Translations under genes and position numbers: made by a program | Notes under the pieces: generated by a model | Database searches by the model: none | Told to the model about the DNA's origin: nothing | The model's input: only the letters and a program-made list of their open reading frames with translations | Assembly (NCBI GenBank): GCA_964234715.1 | Contig: OZ174281.1 | Length of the DNA: 64,000 nt | Direction: 5' to 3' (one strand) | DNA from: Podarcis melisellensis | Taxonomy: Eukaryota | In this document: positions 22,432-35,535 of the stretch, in pieces | Numbering within the stretch: position 1 is the first letter of the stretch | Layout of the letters: each line of letters opens with the position of its first letter

Positions 22432-23254
22432 GAAATCATTAGCAGATCTGGCTGTAGCTATGGACTTAAGAAAGAGACTCGTTTGACCACTTAATGGCCT
22501 CACTTTCAACAAAATCCCATATTACAAATATAAAACCACAGACTTGGAGGGGACCCAAAGATAACATCCAAAACAACCAACCACTCTCCCCCACCAGTTG
22601 TAAAGTGGTAGGAAATCCTTTTTGCTTAATAGAACAACATGACCTATGTCAATATATACAGATCATTCTGTACTAATACAAAAATATGTTGAATAATGCC
22701 TGCAGTATGAAAACTAGGCATGCCATTTCCAGTTAAGTTCCATAATAGCACCGAGGGTGGCAGGCAACATGGGAAGATCTCCAAGAGCTGTGTGGCTTGG
22801 ATGGTTTGAACAACCACAACTTACCTCCCATTCTTACACAGGAGGAGCATAATTATTTTCAAAGAGTAAATGCGTAAAATGATGAGGAGCCATTGCTCTA
22901 GCACTGTTATAAGATGCTAACTGGTGATGTATTTAATCCCAGAGATGCTTGACATTCAAAGAGTGAGTGATGTACGGCAGAGCATTTGTATGGGCCATCT
23001 GGAGATGTACACCAAACTCCACACTTGATGAGGAACTGAAACTTCTGATTCCAAGACCTAAATATGCATCAATCCCCGCTCTGGTTTTAATTGATTCCTA
23101 ACAAGAAGAATTTTGGCAAACCGCAACATGCTTTTGTGTGAAATGCCTCTGTTGTTACAATATCATAAATTGTTTTTAATCATTTGCACATATTATCGTG
23201 TGATGGCAACCACAGATCTGTTGAAATGAATATAAGATTCTGATTAGGGGAAAA

Positions 23255-23400
23255 AATGGTTTTGCAACTTATTTATTTATATTTTCAAAATGGTTTTGCA
23301 ACTTATTTATTTATATTAAAACTTATTTATTTATATATATTATAGTTATTTATTTATATAATATAATCAATTATATCAATTATATTATATTATATTAACC
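23255..23400. repeat. Local 34-bp tandem duplication decaying into AT-rich low complexity
   Basis: aaaatggttttgcaacttatttatttatatt occurs twice, followed by partial copies. Confidence 0.8.
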
Positions 23401-25646
23401 TGCTTTTCATCAAATGAACTATACCAGGACAGGGTACATGAAAAACCAGTACAACAAATTCATAAACAGAGAGAGAAATCTCCAAAAAAAAGAGAAACCT
23501 CTTACCATTTACTTAAAAGATTCAACATGTTTTCTTATGCTCTGGGATGTTACAGGGCAGTAATTTGTAAGATGGAAATTATGAATATATTTTTGCTCTC
23601 CCATTAGCTTTTACAGAATCTTTTCCTGTGTACAGGAATGCTGCTAATGTCCTCAGGAGCATGGACTCTTCTTTTAATGTTTGTACATTTCATGTGAAGG
23701 TCTGAAGTGGGTCTCTGAATGAATTCAGCTGGGCACACTTTGAAGCCTCCCTGTGATGAGGAACACTGAAGACTTTTCAAATGAATGCCTTTAGAAATAC
23801 TCTTTAGACCTTTGTACTAAACATGTCAAAGTCTGATGAGGAACCTGTGCACCCAGGAACGTTGGGGACCAGGCTTGGGGGCATGCCTGACCCCCCACAC
23901 CATTCTTGGTGAATAGGACCCGTGTTGCTCCCTAACCTACCAGTCCAACTAATCTATTATCATCCACCCAATCATTCCCTTATTCCCATCCAGGGAATAA
24001 TGCACCCCAGTGCCCCTGGTTTCATCTTTGAAGCTGGAGGGCCCTGCTCCTTCCTACTTGATATGGGACATAATTTTGAATGAACTTCCCTGGGAGACCA
24101 ACCTGAGGCATTAGATCATACCATATTTCTATATACTAAAAAAACCTCTAGCCAGCCCCAGTTTACAATGTGCTGAGAAGCTCTCTCGTTCTCTGTTAAT
24201 CTTGTATAACATGCAAAAATGAGTGTTGATTTCTGTAAAGTCCTGGAATTCATTACTACACCAAACAATGCACACGAATTTGTCCAGGCCTTTGCCAAGT
24301 TACAGAGAATAGATGAACAGCTTGGATCTTTTTATCGGCATCCCGGAGAGGGGTGGTATTCTTTGGCAGGGGTGGGGGGTGCTCTGGGCCTCTGTGTTCT
24401 TTCTGCTACTAAAGAGCAGCCTTGTCATGGAGCATCCTTTGCTGGAAAGAGGAGCCAAGAAGATGGCCTTGGCAGAATAGAGGAGAAGCTGCAGATGCCC
24501 TGTCTGCTTATTTGGTGCTGCTGGTGGCAACATGACAAGAGACTAGAACCCTGCTTAGTGGAGCCTGTGCTGAGCATTTCACTTTCCTGACAATTAATCT
24601 GGAAATCTTCCTAACTTATACATCTGCTCATCTAATTAACACACTGCGGGATAAAGCTAAGTAAAGATGGACTGAAAAGAGGATAATTTGTTCTTTTTCT
24701 TTTTTTACTTGCATTTCCCTTAAAGCTTTGGGAGATTCCCCTGCCTTTGCCAACAAGTGTTTGGCTGCCACAGAGACAGACAGATGTGCACCTCTCCACC
24801 AAATAGTCACATCTGTGCTCTCTGTGCCCCATTAATGCCCTACCTACCTGTATAATATAGCACTGGACTGGGTCTTTTAAAAAAAAAGGTGTATGTGCAG
24901 CATTCAAGAGTTATGGCTCGGTTTCGATTCTACTCAGCTGCTTTCAGTCCACCTGAGTTCTCGCAGATCTTTTCCAGTGGTACTTCTCAGAAAGTCTTTT
25001 GTTCCAGTGTACTCTCTAAATTTGCATTTTGGTGGAGCTGCCAACTAGAGAATGCAAGCAATGAATGCCAGGTCAACTACATTTATAGCCAACAAATATT
25101 TGTTTCCTTTGCAGGTATAGAGAGCTATAAAAATTGGTTATAATATCCAATACATCTCTGTCTGTGTGCTGAAATGTAAAGTGTGAATCAGAAGCATGGA
25201 TTTTATCTGCAGTCATCTCTGTATATTGGAGCATATGCTTCAGATTGCGCCATAAGTAGGATTTGTAAGTTTCTCTCACCCCCTTTTCTTTTCTTTTCTT
25301 TTTGTGCAGATATCCATAAAAGGTAATGTCCAAATACACACTAAGGGTTGTATCCACGTTTAGTCAGAGGAGACTCGTTGAAATGAATAGGCGTGTCTTT
25401 TCTGAGCAGCTGGCGATAACCCTAATTCTATTATTTATGCCGCATGACATTTTCTTTTCTTTTTTCTTAGTATTTCCATTGGACTGCACCATCATTCCCT
25501 CATTAGCAAAGAAAACTGCAAGGGAATGGCATAGATTAACTACCTATTCAAAGGCTAGAAATGTAAGCAAATGTATTAAGGAATTAAATCCCATTGAATT
25601 CTGTGGATTTTACTTAGGAGTAAACATGCTCTTTGATCACTTTGCA

Positions 25647-25668
25647 TGCTGCTGCTGCTGCTGCTGCT
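25647..25668. repeat. (GCT)n microsatellite
   Basis: About 7 perfect units. Confidence 0.9.
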
Positions 25669-26199
25669 TTTTGCAGTGGGACATTGGGATTCTTCTCAAA
25701 GTGCAAACCTTTGAGAAAAACACCATACCAGGGACACAGAGGATAAACATCTTTAAGGCAGTTAGTTCCTCTTGAGATCGCACACTACTTCAGAGTCTTC
25801 ATGCTTCAAGACATACATTAGCCAGGGCTTGTTCTGTACCTCTGTCCCATCCACTTGAACTTCATTTTCCTTTCTGCCTCACCAAAGATATTTATCTTTG
25901 CTGCCATTGCCATAGAGAAGCCAGATTGGAGGAAGGAGACAGACAAATGTATATCGCATCAATGGAGAATTCATTGCAGCGGGAAGGTGCAGAATACAGT
26001 GGGGGACAGAGAAATGGAGGAGTGGCTGGAGAAAACATGCAGAAATATGCATGAGATTGAGAGACACAGGGGAGTCGTGGTCATCAAAATGCAAAGCATT
26101 ATTTAGTCCTACTCTATGTTTATGACATCGCTGGTTCGAGGTGCACAGACTGATATATTTGCTCAGTTCAGAGAAGAGGCTGGATGAAAAACAGAACAA

Positions 26200-26630
26200 A
26201 ATATTTTCCAAATAGTCCACCGAGGTTCCTGAGTGGAGCCCTCCTAACAGTACCACAGTCTATTGAGGTTGCGTTGGCCAGGATTCAAAGGAGGATCTTT
26301 GTTGTGGCACCTATTTTGTGGCATGAACTTCCTATGGAAACCGGGCGAGCATCAATGATGGGTTGCTATTCTGGGCAGGTTTTTTTTAAAAAAAAAAAAC
26401 TCTTTATCCTGCTAGTTTCCTGACTGTTGACATTGAGTATGTTTATGTTTTGTTTTGTTCTGACTGCTATAGCAGCTACTGAAATTATATGGCAATCTGG
26501 ATGTTTTAACTGTTATTTGATTATCTTAAAGCTTTATGTATATTATGATCAGCTTTGCGAATTCCAAATGAAATTGGGGTATAATTTTTTTAGATAAAAA
26601 TAAGAAATATGAATAAATAAATGAATAAGA
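26200..26630 (+). mobile_element. L2 LINE 3' end
   Basis: RRIFVVAPILWHELP matches the L2 C-terminal RAFSVAAPxLWNxLP motif, followed by a T-rich UTR and an (aata)n tail. Confidence 0.7.
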
Positions 26631-27975
26631 TCTTTCAAAAGAAGCATCAATAAAAAGGGAGGAGTAGTGCGAACACACACCAAAGGGCTGCAATAGCACT
26701 TTATTATTACTATTATTATTTATTACATTTGTATATCCCCTTCATCTATAGATCCCAGGGCGGTGCACATAATAAAAATACAAGATCAAAATTTTAAGCA
26801 TATTCAACCATTCTTTGATCCTGACTTCTGATGCCATATTGGGTCTGTGTTTTCAGTAGGGTCATGACCACTTTTGCTGCCACATGTTATTATATAGTTG
26901 CCAGAAAGTCAAGTGCAGAAGAGGGATTAGCTCCAGAATTCCAAAGGTCCTTAAGCCATCTAGGTCCATTTGAAGCACTTCATCATGTGCCCTCAGATTT
27001 TTGAATGACACCACCTGGTTGCACATCTCAGTGGTCTCAAAGCCTCTGAGCAAAAAAAAATCTAGAAGACTCATGGTTCTCAAGGATATCTGGCTATTAG
27101 TTAGTTGATAAAGAAAGTTAATACTCCCTTTTGCTAAGTGAATTATATTTTCTCTCCTCAAATATCCACCTGTGATAGAGGTTTAACCAGTGGTTCAGGT
27201 AGAGTATCCGTGGCTGATCCCAGCATCACATTTTCATCCACATTTCTTATATGATTTCCTTGTGTTCTTATTACCTTCCTATTTGCTAGGCACAGGATAA
27301 TAGAAAAATGGAGATAATAAAGGATACAAAAACATTCATTCTGTCATGGATGGATATTTGATTTTGGTAATGAACAACCAAGGCTCTAATATAATTGGCA
27401 GACTTACTTGCCTGTGCGTGGGCACTTAAACAGAGAGGGTATTTTGACAGCCCAGCATTGATTAAATTGGTCTTTAATTGAAGTAACCAAGTCTTAGCAA
27501 TGCTGTAAATACTACATTAATTTCAAAACAGTGTTAATTGCAAAACATTTATTAATGAAAATAATTCAACATTATTTTCATAATTGCTGATTAAGAAATT
27601 GTTTTGGTCTTAAACTGTAATTACATAGCAATTATATTTTGTTTCGTTATAAATATACTACAAGTATGCTACAGTTACCACTGTGTGCTACATGAGACAC
27701 AGTCTTTCCCTCCGCAGTGGTGGCTGCTTAATTAAAATATTAATGTTGTCCTCATATTCACAATACTTCCCATACTTTATACGTCGACATGCAATGTAGT
27801 GCATAGTGTGTCAGACACACTTCAGTTAATTTCTAGAAAAATAAAATAACATGCAAGCAAAGTAACTACCACAGTGGTGTTTTTCTCTCTGCCCAGGCAA
27901 TGTCAGATTAGTGATGGAGCTGGCATCACACGGCGCTTATGGAAGAATATAGGGTTACAGAGAATGGATAGTCCT

Positions 27976-28499
27976 TGTCCTGTTCTAACTTGGCGCAAGG
28001 TTCCCAGGGGCAGCCAGGCTAAAGAAGAGGCACTTACTGGAATGGCAGGATCAAGTCCAGAAAAGAAGAATGAAGTCCAATGGTCAGGTAGGCTATGCTG
28101 GATCACAACCAGCAAGGGAAGGGAAGGTCTGTAAGGACCCAGGAGAGGTCACTGTGGCAAGGGCTAACTGGAAGTCACCGAAAGAGAGCTGTTGACTCAG
28201 CAGCATGCTGAACTCTTCTGAAGACTAGTTGGTTAGCCGGCTGTTAACTTCATCCACTCTGAGCTGCAATCTGTTTCTTAAAGGGCCATTGCTTGATTTG
28301 GTAGCCTCTAGATCCTATGCCATGGGAGCAATGAGAACTTCATCAAGGGTGTGCCCTCTGAATCTGAAAAAAAAAAATCAGGCAAAACAATGCCCTTTGA
28401 CTTGAATGGTCCTGGACCAGGGGGTGATTCCTGCCTAGGCAATTCCTTCTTCCCTTCCCTGAATCTTCCTCTGAGCCAGAAGGGCACTGAGGCCAGACA
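27976..28499. mobile_element. Possible degraded solo LTR
   Basis: TGTC...GACA ends and LTR-like composition; no TSD found. Confidence 0.25.
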
Positions 28500-31400
28500 G
28501 CATTGTGATTGTCTTCAGTTATGTGATTGTGCCTTGGATACACGCCAAAACTCCACATGGTTCAAATGCAGGCAATGAGTTCCATGAAAACGGAAGTGCC
28601 CTGAGCTCTTCATACAAGAGGACATGCACAACACCAGTGTGCCTGCAAAGCATTCCAGAAACTAAAGAGACAAAGAGAGTCCAGTGTGCATATTGGAGTC
28701 CCAGCATATATCTCCTAGCTATCAGACTGGTTTAGGTCTGACCTGAAGTCTATATATGTGTTGAGGAAGGGGATTATTTTGATGTTTGCTCAGGGGTCTG
28801 TGATTTTTCTCAGCACACCAAAACATAATGGTATATTTCAAGGGAGAAAGTGTACTTCGTGGAGAAGCAAAGAGAAAACAACATGTCATGTAACTTGTCT
28901 ACCCATCACCTCAAAATGGGAATCCAGTGTTTGATTTTGTTATTAAATGAAGTGCAAAAGCATGGCTAGGGGTGCAGGAGTGACATGTTTGCTCTGAAAT
29001 CAAATCTAGAGGGTGTATTCTAGTCCCAATTTTGCCCAATGTTTACTTGATTTCTTACATTCCAGATTCAGGGATGGAATCTTCATGGGCTTTTAACATA
29101 GGATTGTGTCTATGAGATTATAAAAGCTAGACTGTATAAACCAGGTACAGCTTTAATTAAAGAGAGGCTAACCATCCTCTCTCACCCCCAGAAAGCATCT
29201 TCATAATGAATAGATGAAATGCCCCACTGATAACTTCTACTATGGATTCATTCCTCCATTCCCTTTTTTCTTTATCCCTTCAATTTCCAATCTACAACTG
29301 AAACTTCTACAATGTTTTATTGAACTGGATATCAGAAGACATCAATTTGCGACAGCCTCATAAAAAATAAAATAAAACTGTGATACAGAAGAGAAACCGC
29401 TGTATCAGACACACTTCAGTTCCCTTCTACCCCTACCTCAGTGCTCCCGTCAGAAATATCATCAGCCACTGAGGCTGGAAAACAAAATCTCAACTCAAAT
29501 GCTATTAATACAATAGTCTGAAACTTTCAATACATCCTATGCCTGTTCTAAAATTAAATATTCATTGGTAGCAAGCTTATGTAAAAGGGTGCCAGAGTTC
29601 AAAACAGGAATGCGTATAGGAGATAAAGAGGCAGACGGAAGGGGAAAGAAAGCAGTAGAAACGAAGACTGTGGCCAGACTGTTCTGACTCTGATTGCCGT
29701 GGATGTTACCAATTTGAACGCATGTTAGGGATACATAGCTGAGCAAAATCCGTGTAAATTGGGGATCACAAGTCATATGCTTTAATTAAAAAAAAAATAC
29801 AGGGAGCTTTTATGGTCATGAAATGGGATTTCTAGTTCTTTCTTTCAACCTTCTTATCACACATGTATTACGTGCATTTTGTCAGGCATTGCCAGAGAGG
29901 TGCAGGATGATCAGCTTGCATAGCAACTGAATTATGCCCATAATTAGGCCTAGAGTCAGTAGCTTGATGTTGGGCAGTAAATTGTATATGTCTCCTTTTT
30001 TTGGTTCTTCACTTAATAGACCTTTGGCGATAGCTTATTGTAGCTTATTGTAACAGACAATGGATCAACATTGAAGTGTTTATCTTGTGATAATTACACT
30101 GCTTTTTAAAAAATAAAATAAAATGAGAGTATATTATCAAACGGATTTGCAGCAGGTACTACAGTGGAAGCTCTGGATTGGATACTGGTTTCTGCAACTT
30201 GAAGCCATTTGCTTCAGCTCCAAAAAAAGAAAAAGCCTTTAAAATGCCACCCAAAGAAATAGATGAAACCTTGCCCTTACCAGAGTATTGCAATGGCCCC
30301 AGTTGGCCCTTTAGGAGCCAGGAGTGGGGAGAGCAAGGGCACTGCTATTGGCAATGACCCCATTACCTCAGTTAGAACAGACACCAGAGCATGTGTTGTC
30401 CCCTTTCATCAGCACTTGGCCTGCAATGCAGCACTTCAAAGGGTTGGACCATATGACAAATCTAATCTAATCTGGGTTGTGCTTTAGTCTTATGATTTGC
30501 AGATGTTCAGATCCTCTCCACATTCATTTTCAAGAGAAGAACTGTTCTCCTTCATATATACAGTATTGCTTATGGTTCATGCTGGGTGCCAACCTTATCA
30601 CCTGATTGGCTTTGTGTCTGAGATACCTTTTGGATAGACCATTAGGTCGAAGAGAAAGAATAAAACAGCCAATTAAACATTCGTGCTCTTAAATGTATCC
30701 CGTGTAACTTAATAATACCCACTTTTTCTCCCCTTCCCCACCCTTTTACATGCTGCATTTTAAGAACTCTGTCCAAGAATATCACTAGATGGGGGGAAAT
30801 GCGTGCACACACACACACACGCCANNNNNNNNNNNNNNNNNNNNNNNNNNNNNNNNNNNNNNNNNNNNNNNNNNNNNNNNNNNNNNNNNNNNNNNNNNNN
30901 NNNNNNNNNNNNNNNNNNNNNNNNNNNNNNNNNNNNNNNNNNNNNNNNNNNNNNNNNNNNNNNNNNNNNNNNNNNNNNNNNNNNNNNNNNNNNNNNNNNN
31001 NNNNNNNNNNNNNNNNNNNNNNNNNNNNNNNNNNNNNNNNNNNNNNNNNNNNTTGTGCTTATACATTAAGAAAAATGTACCTGGCATTCCCTTGGACATG
31101 ACCAGACCCCATAAAAAAGAAAGCATTATTAATAGTTGGTTGTAATGCATTTGTGGCAGCGCATCTGAAATTCTGACCTTTAGCATGTTAACTGGCTCTT
31201 TTTATCTGGTTCTCTGGCTGACTAAGTCACAACAGTAGCCTGATTAAATGTAGGGAACCAAAGGTTTGTTATCTATACTTCTTAAACAGAATCCTAACTT
31301 TTCTTTCCCCATATGACCTAGAAGACATTTGCAAAGGAAATATGAAGCTGTAAAATGAAAATAGCAATGATCAGTGTTTCATATGGGATAATTTAATTAT

Positions 31401-32544
31401 CTATTTGATAATCTGTTTGATAATGTGATGTGTTTTCATATGGGGCAATTTAATTATCTGTGAGTAGAACAGGGACCTCTGCTCTCTAGTTTAACCTGGG
31501 TTGGTACAAATCCTTTTTGCCAGGATGTAAGTAATTGCACACAACCCACCTAAGCAAGAGAGTGGAGATTTCAGGTCACTAAATAGTTTGACCTTGGACT
31601 AATCACATACCAATAACCTGTGAAAGGTGTTTCTTTTAAAATAAAATAAAATCCTGTATTAAAAAATTGATATCCCACTTTGGTTTCCCAAAGCAAATCC
31701 ATACTATCTAGCAATAAATAAACACTCATAAAAACATACTGTTACATGCCACCCCAATCTCTACAAATGGTGCAAGATTTTGGGGGTTGAAGGTGCACTT
31801 CCCATGATCTGTGGTCTTTTGGGACAATGAGGCATAGTGAAGATGGTAGTGTCTTTATGTTATATGCTTTTATTTACTCATATATACAACCTGCACCTAG
31901 ATGGACAGATTGCAGAGCATTCACAGCCTATGAGGTTCTGGCTCCCCCCAGCATTGGATTCAAAGGACAGCAAAAACCCATTCTCTATGTCTCTCAGCCT
32001 GTCATCCCCAGCTCACCCCCACCTTCTCATGATCATGATCATGGAGTGAGACAGTATCATATTGAGTGCTGGAACAAAGTCATCCCAATAAGAATGGCAA
32101 CTATCCTGAATTTCCAAACGTCATATTAATATATACACATGGGTTTCATGATTCGAAACAGAGCAGCATACCTTGCCGTGGTCATTGGTGGTGAGTACTT
32201 CTTTGCCTAGTACAACAGCATGTATGTTGTTTGTACTGTAATGTGAGAAGTTTAGCATCTGTTTTTGAATGTTATGGGTCACAAGAATTTGCAGGTGCAA
32301 CAAGAATGGATGGTGACTTGCACAAGCTGCTCAGTTGTTTGACAGCAGGGCCTGGCATGGTGGGGTCATGGTAGAGCAGTTCTAGGGTAAAGTATGACAA
32401 AAACCTTTACAAATAATAATATTCCACCCTCCTAGTCTGCCAGACTTTTATCTGGTCAGATTCCTATGTATTTGAGGGAAGACAATACCTGCATTTAAGT
32501 GTGGTTCTACTAAATACTGTGAGATTTCATGGCTCAATAGTAGA

Positions 32545-33110
32545 ACACATTGTTGTTGGACTCCAGCTCCCATCAGCTTCAGCCAGTATGGCCAAGACTC
32601 AGGGATAATGGGCACTGTGGTCCAGCAACATCTGGAGACTGTCTGTGGATGAGGGTGGAGATTCTGTTCCTTCGGGCTGCGCCACTTTTTCCCCTATACC
32701 ATTCTAATTCCCACCCTCTCCCTCACACACACTGCGGCGACGCCTCCTCCCTCCCTTCTCCTGGCTTCTCCCCGCCCTGCCTAGAGGAGGAAGGGGGCTG
32801 GGCTGAGCTGGCTGAGTGCCATTTTAAGCAGCCCCTCTTTGGAGCCAGCCCTTTTGTGCCACTCATCTTCTCTCCACCGCCACCGTCCTGGTTCTCCTGT
32901 GGGCCAGAGAGCAGTGGCGGTGGTGGTGGCAACAGCCCCAGGGAAGGTAAGCACAGCAACTGGGGCTGGGGGTGGGGGGTAGGGAGGAGGACTACTTGCC
33001 CCCCTTGCCTCTTCTTCCAGCTTCCCCCCTCCCAGTGCCAATTCTCCGACCTGCCACAAGGTCTGAGGGACAGTGGACCAGCCAGCGGCCAAAAATTTTT
33101 ACCGACCCTG
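32545..33110. mobile_element. Palindromic MITE (32545-32640) abutting a GC-rich hAT-like fragment ending in a TIR at 33110
   Basis: MITE core ggactccagctcccatcagc...cagcaacatctggag. The right end aaaaatttttaccgaccctg is a CAGGG-type hAT terminus on the minus strand. Confidence 0.5.
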
Positions 33111-34591
33111 GGATTGTGTTATTCAAAGCAGTCCCATCAGGAGGTGCTGGACTATAAGTGATGGGAATACATGAAAGGTCTTTGCGACTAAGGGTGTGTT
33201 CACATTACCAGCTTAAAATGAATTGGGGGTTATCCACCCCACCCCCCGCATTTCAATCACATTTACAGGTCATTGTACACATTAGTAAGGTTGGATATGT
33301 TTTCTGTTTGGCCGCTGTCTGTCCACACCAGTGAGCAAAGAGGGGAATGAATGTCTTCATGTGGTTTGTTTTCAAATTGGATCAGATCTGGTTTGGGGAA
33401 AATGCATCAAAATGCAGTATTTCTCAAGAAACTACAGGATAGAAATGGATTGTGGCTAAGGTTGTGTGTACATGGCTTCACTAACCACCAGTGGAAGCAT
33501 ACTGGATGCAGAGTAAATGCATCCTGAGACAACTGAGCTGCAATAGGTTGCGGTCATTTTCATTTGGCAGGTGATGGCTACAGTCAAAGAGAAGTAATAG
33601 AAATAGATTCTAATGTTCTGCCACTCAGGTGGCCACTCAGCAAGTTTGCGCATTCTGAGTACCACATCACTCACCACAGCACTGAAAATTGGCACACTCA
33701 TCAGAAGCCATAGTGAAAGAGACCAAAGCAGCACCATTAGTTCTAGTCATGGGGATGAATGAAACAAGAATATTATTATACATATGAGTTCAAGCCAAAC
33801 ATTGGGAACTACACTCCTCAGAACTTGCTAGGTATGATTACATTAATCTCTATCATTCCACTCCCTAAATGGAAACAGCAAAGCAGTTATCCCCACTGAA
33901 AAATAGCAGAACATATTTTCCAGTAAGAAGTTAATAAAACATGTCTATGGTACATTGTAGAAGGCTTCCAATGAATAGGCCTCACTCTTGAGCCAGACTC
34001 CGGTGGAAACAAGTGCCAAAAGACAATGAGGCAGATGAGCATTATATGTGTATTAGTGCTGAAATGAAAAATTGCACCAATTCAGAATCTGACAAGTTTC
34101 ATGCATTCACAATTGACAAATTTGGATTTGAACATACAAATGGATATGGAACCAGGGTTTCAGGCACAAAATGGGAGTGCGGCCAAACATATGTTTCACC
34201 AAATAAAAACTTGTCAGGGGGCCTGGCTTTGTGGCAAAAGACAAACTTCACATTTGCAAAAGCTGCAAATGGATTTTTGTGACCTTTTGCAGCATGCAGT
34301 GAATTTATTTTAGAATTTATATCCCACTTCTCCACATATTATTTAACCCAGCTGTTCAGAGCATTTGTGAATTTTAGTGTGAATGTATTGTCATTCATAT
34401 TAATGGCATTACAGATGTTTGCCTCTTAGAAAGGACAGTGTGTGGGAAAAAGTTCACTCAAGTGTCATAAGGCAAGACCCAGCCCTGGATTCATGTTTCT
34501 GCTATGACCAAATATAAAACACCACAAAACAATATTTGCAACAACCAATATATGCAGTGCTGCACAGTGATACTTGAGAAAATGAAACTGG

Positions 34592-35150
34592 TGTCACGAC
34601 CTCTATCTGGGCAGCAACTTAGAGTCATGAGATGAGGAGAGCACAGCCAGAACAGAAGGAATAGCCAGGGAGACCATGTAAAAGCAAGGCCCTGACACAA
34701 GCCATGAAACCCAGCCAAGAGTATGTACACCAAGAGACTCCTGAGCAGGAACCCCCAGAAACCACAATCTCTGAGCCTGAGGTCCCCACCTGGCAATGGG
34801 TAGACAATGAGCTCGGAGGAAATTCATGAGAGGCAATGAGTGCTAGGTCCCAGGCCAGGAGACTGCTCTAAGCTCTCCAGGAAAGAAACAGGGCCTGAGA
34901 GCGGGTAGTCTGAGAAGAGTAAATGGCCTCATTTAGGTCTTTCCCCAGGAAAACCTGAATTGCTGTTCGCTTCAATTCACGGAAAGCAGTAGGAGAAGAG
35001 GAAGTGTGTATAAGCCCTCAGTTGGAAATGTTGCTCTCCTGGAGTTCTCCAGGGTCCTGTAACTCCAGCTTTACCTGCTTGCTTGCTAGACTGCTTTATT
35101 TTAAGACACTCTGGTATCTGCCCCCTGGGTTATTGCTTTTGGTCAGGACA
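34592..35150 (+). mobile_element. Possible Gypsy-type solo LTR
   Basis: Starts tgtcacgacc and ends ggtcaggaca (8/10 inverted match); ~560 bp; no clear TSD. Confidence 0.4.
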
Positions 35151-35339
35151 GAACAACTGACCATAAGTGCCCCACACATTTTGTTTGGGATCTGCCGTAG
35201 TAGAAGAAGCTGGCTTGACTGTTGACATCACAGGTTCTACAGAAGTACCTGGTCAATATTTCAGCATTGAAATATTGGTTGATATGGCCAAATGTGAAGT
35301 ATTAGCTTTCTAGGAATCATAGGCAATTAAGCATACTCC

Positions 35340-35535
35340 AAAGGTTTCAGAGGAGTAGTGTTAGTCTGTTGCGGTATTCTGGCCATAGTGTTCTGGACAA
35401 CTGCAGTTTCCAAACTGCCTTCAAAGGCACTCCTATGTAAAGGGCACCCAACCTAGAAGTGACCAAACCATAGATAACTGTGGCTAGATTATTTCTGTAC
35501 AGGAGAGGTTGCAAAAACAGTGTGCCAGTCTCAAC
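35340..35535 (-). mobile_element. L2 LINE ORF2 fragment
   Basis: LQPLLYRNNLATVIYGLVTSRL..ALYIGVPLKAVWKLQL matches the L2 post-RT motif LVTSRLDYCNALYxGLP. Confidence 0.75.

Noticed and set aside
19621-22442. Many repeated ORFs of 63-129 aa in the tandem array
   Set aside because: They are GC-rich repeat translations in several frames that shift with C-run length, with no gag, RT or YR motifs.
25114-25322. Apparent exon 25114-25264 and 13-nt microexon 25310-25322
   Set aside because: Stops occur in all frames, and the intervening 45 nt is too short for a typical vertebrate intron.
32550-33161. 203-aa GC-rich ORF / CpG-island promoter
   Set aside because: It spans a MITE and a hAT-like fragment, is low-complexity and has no splice or domain support.
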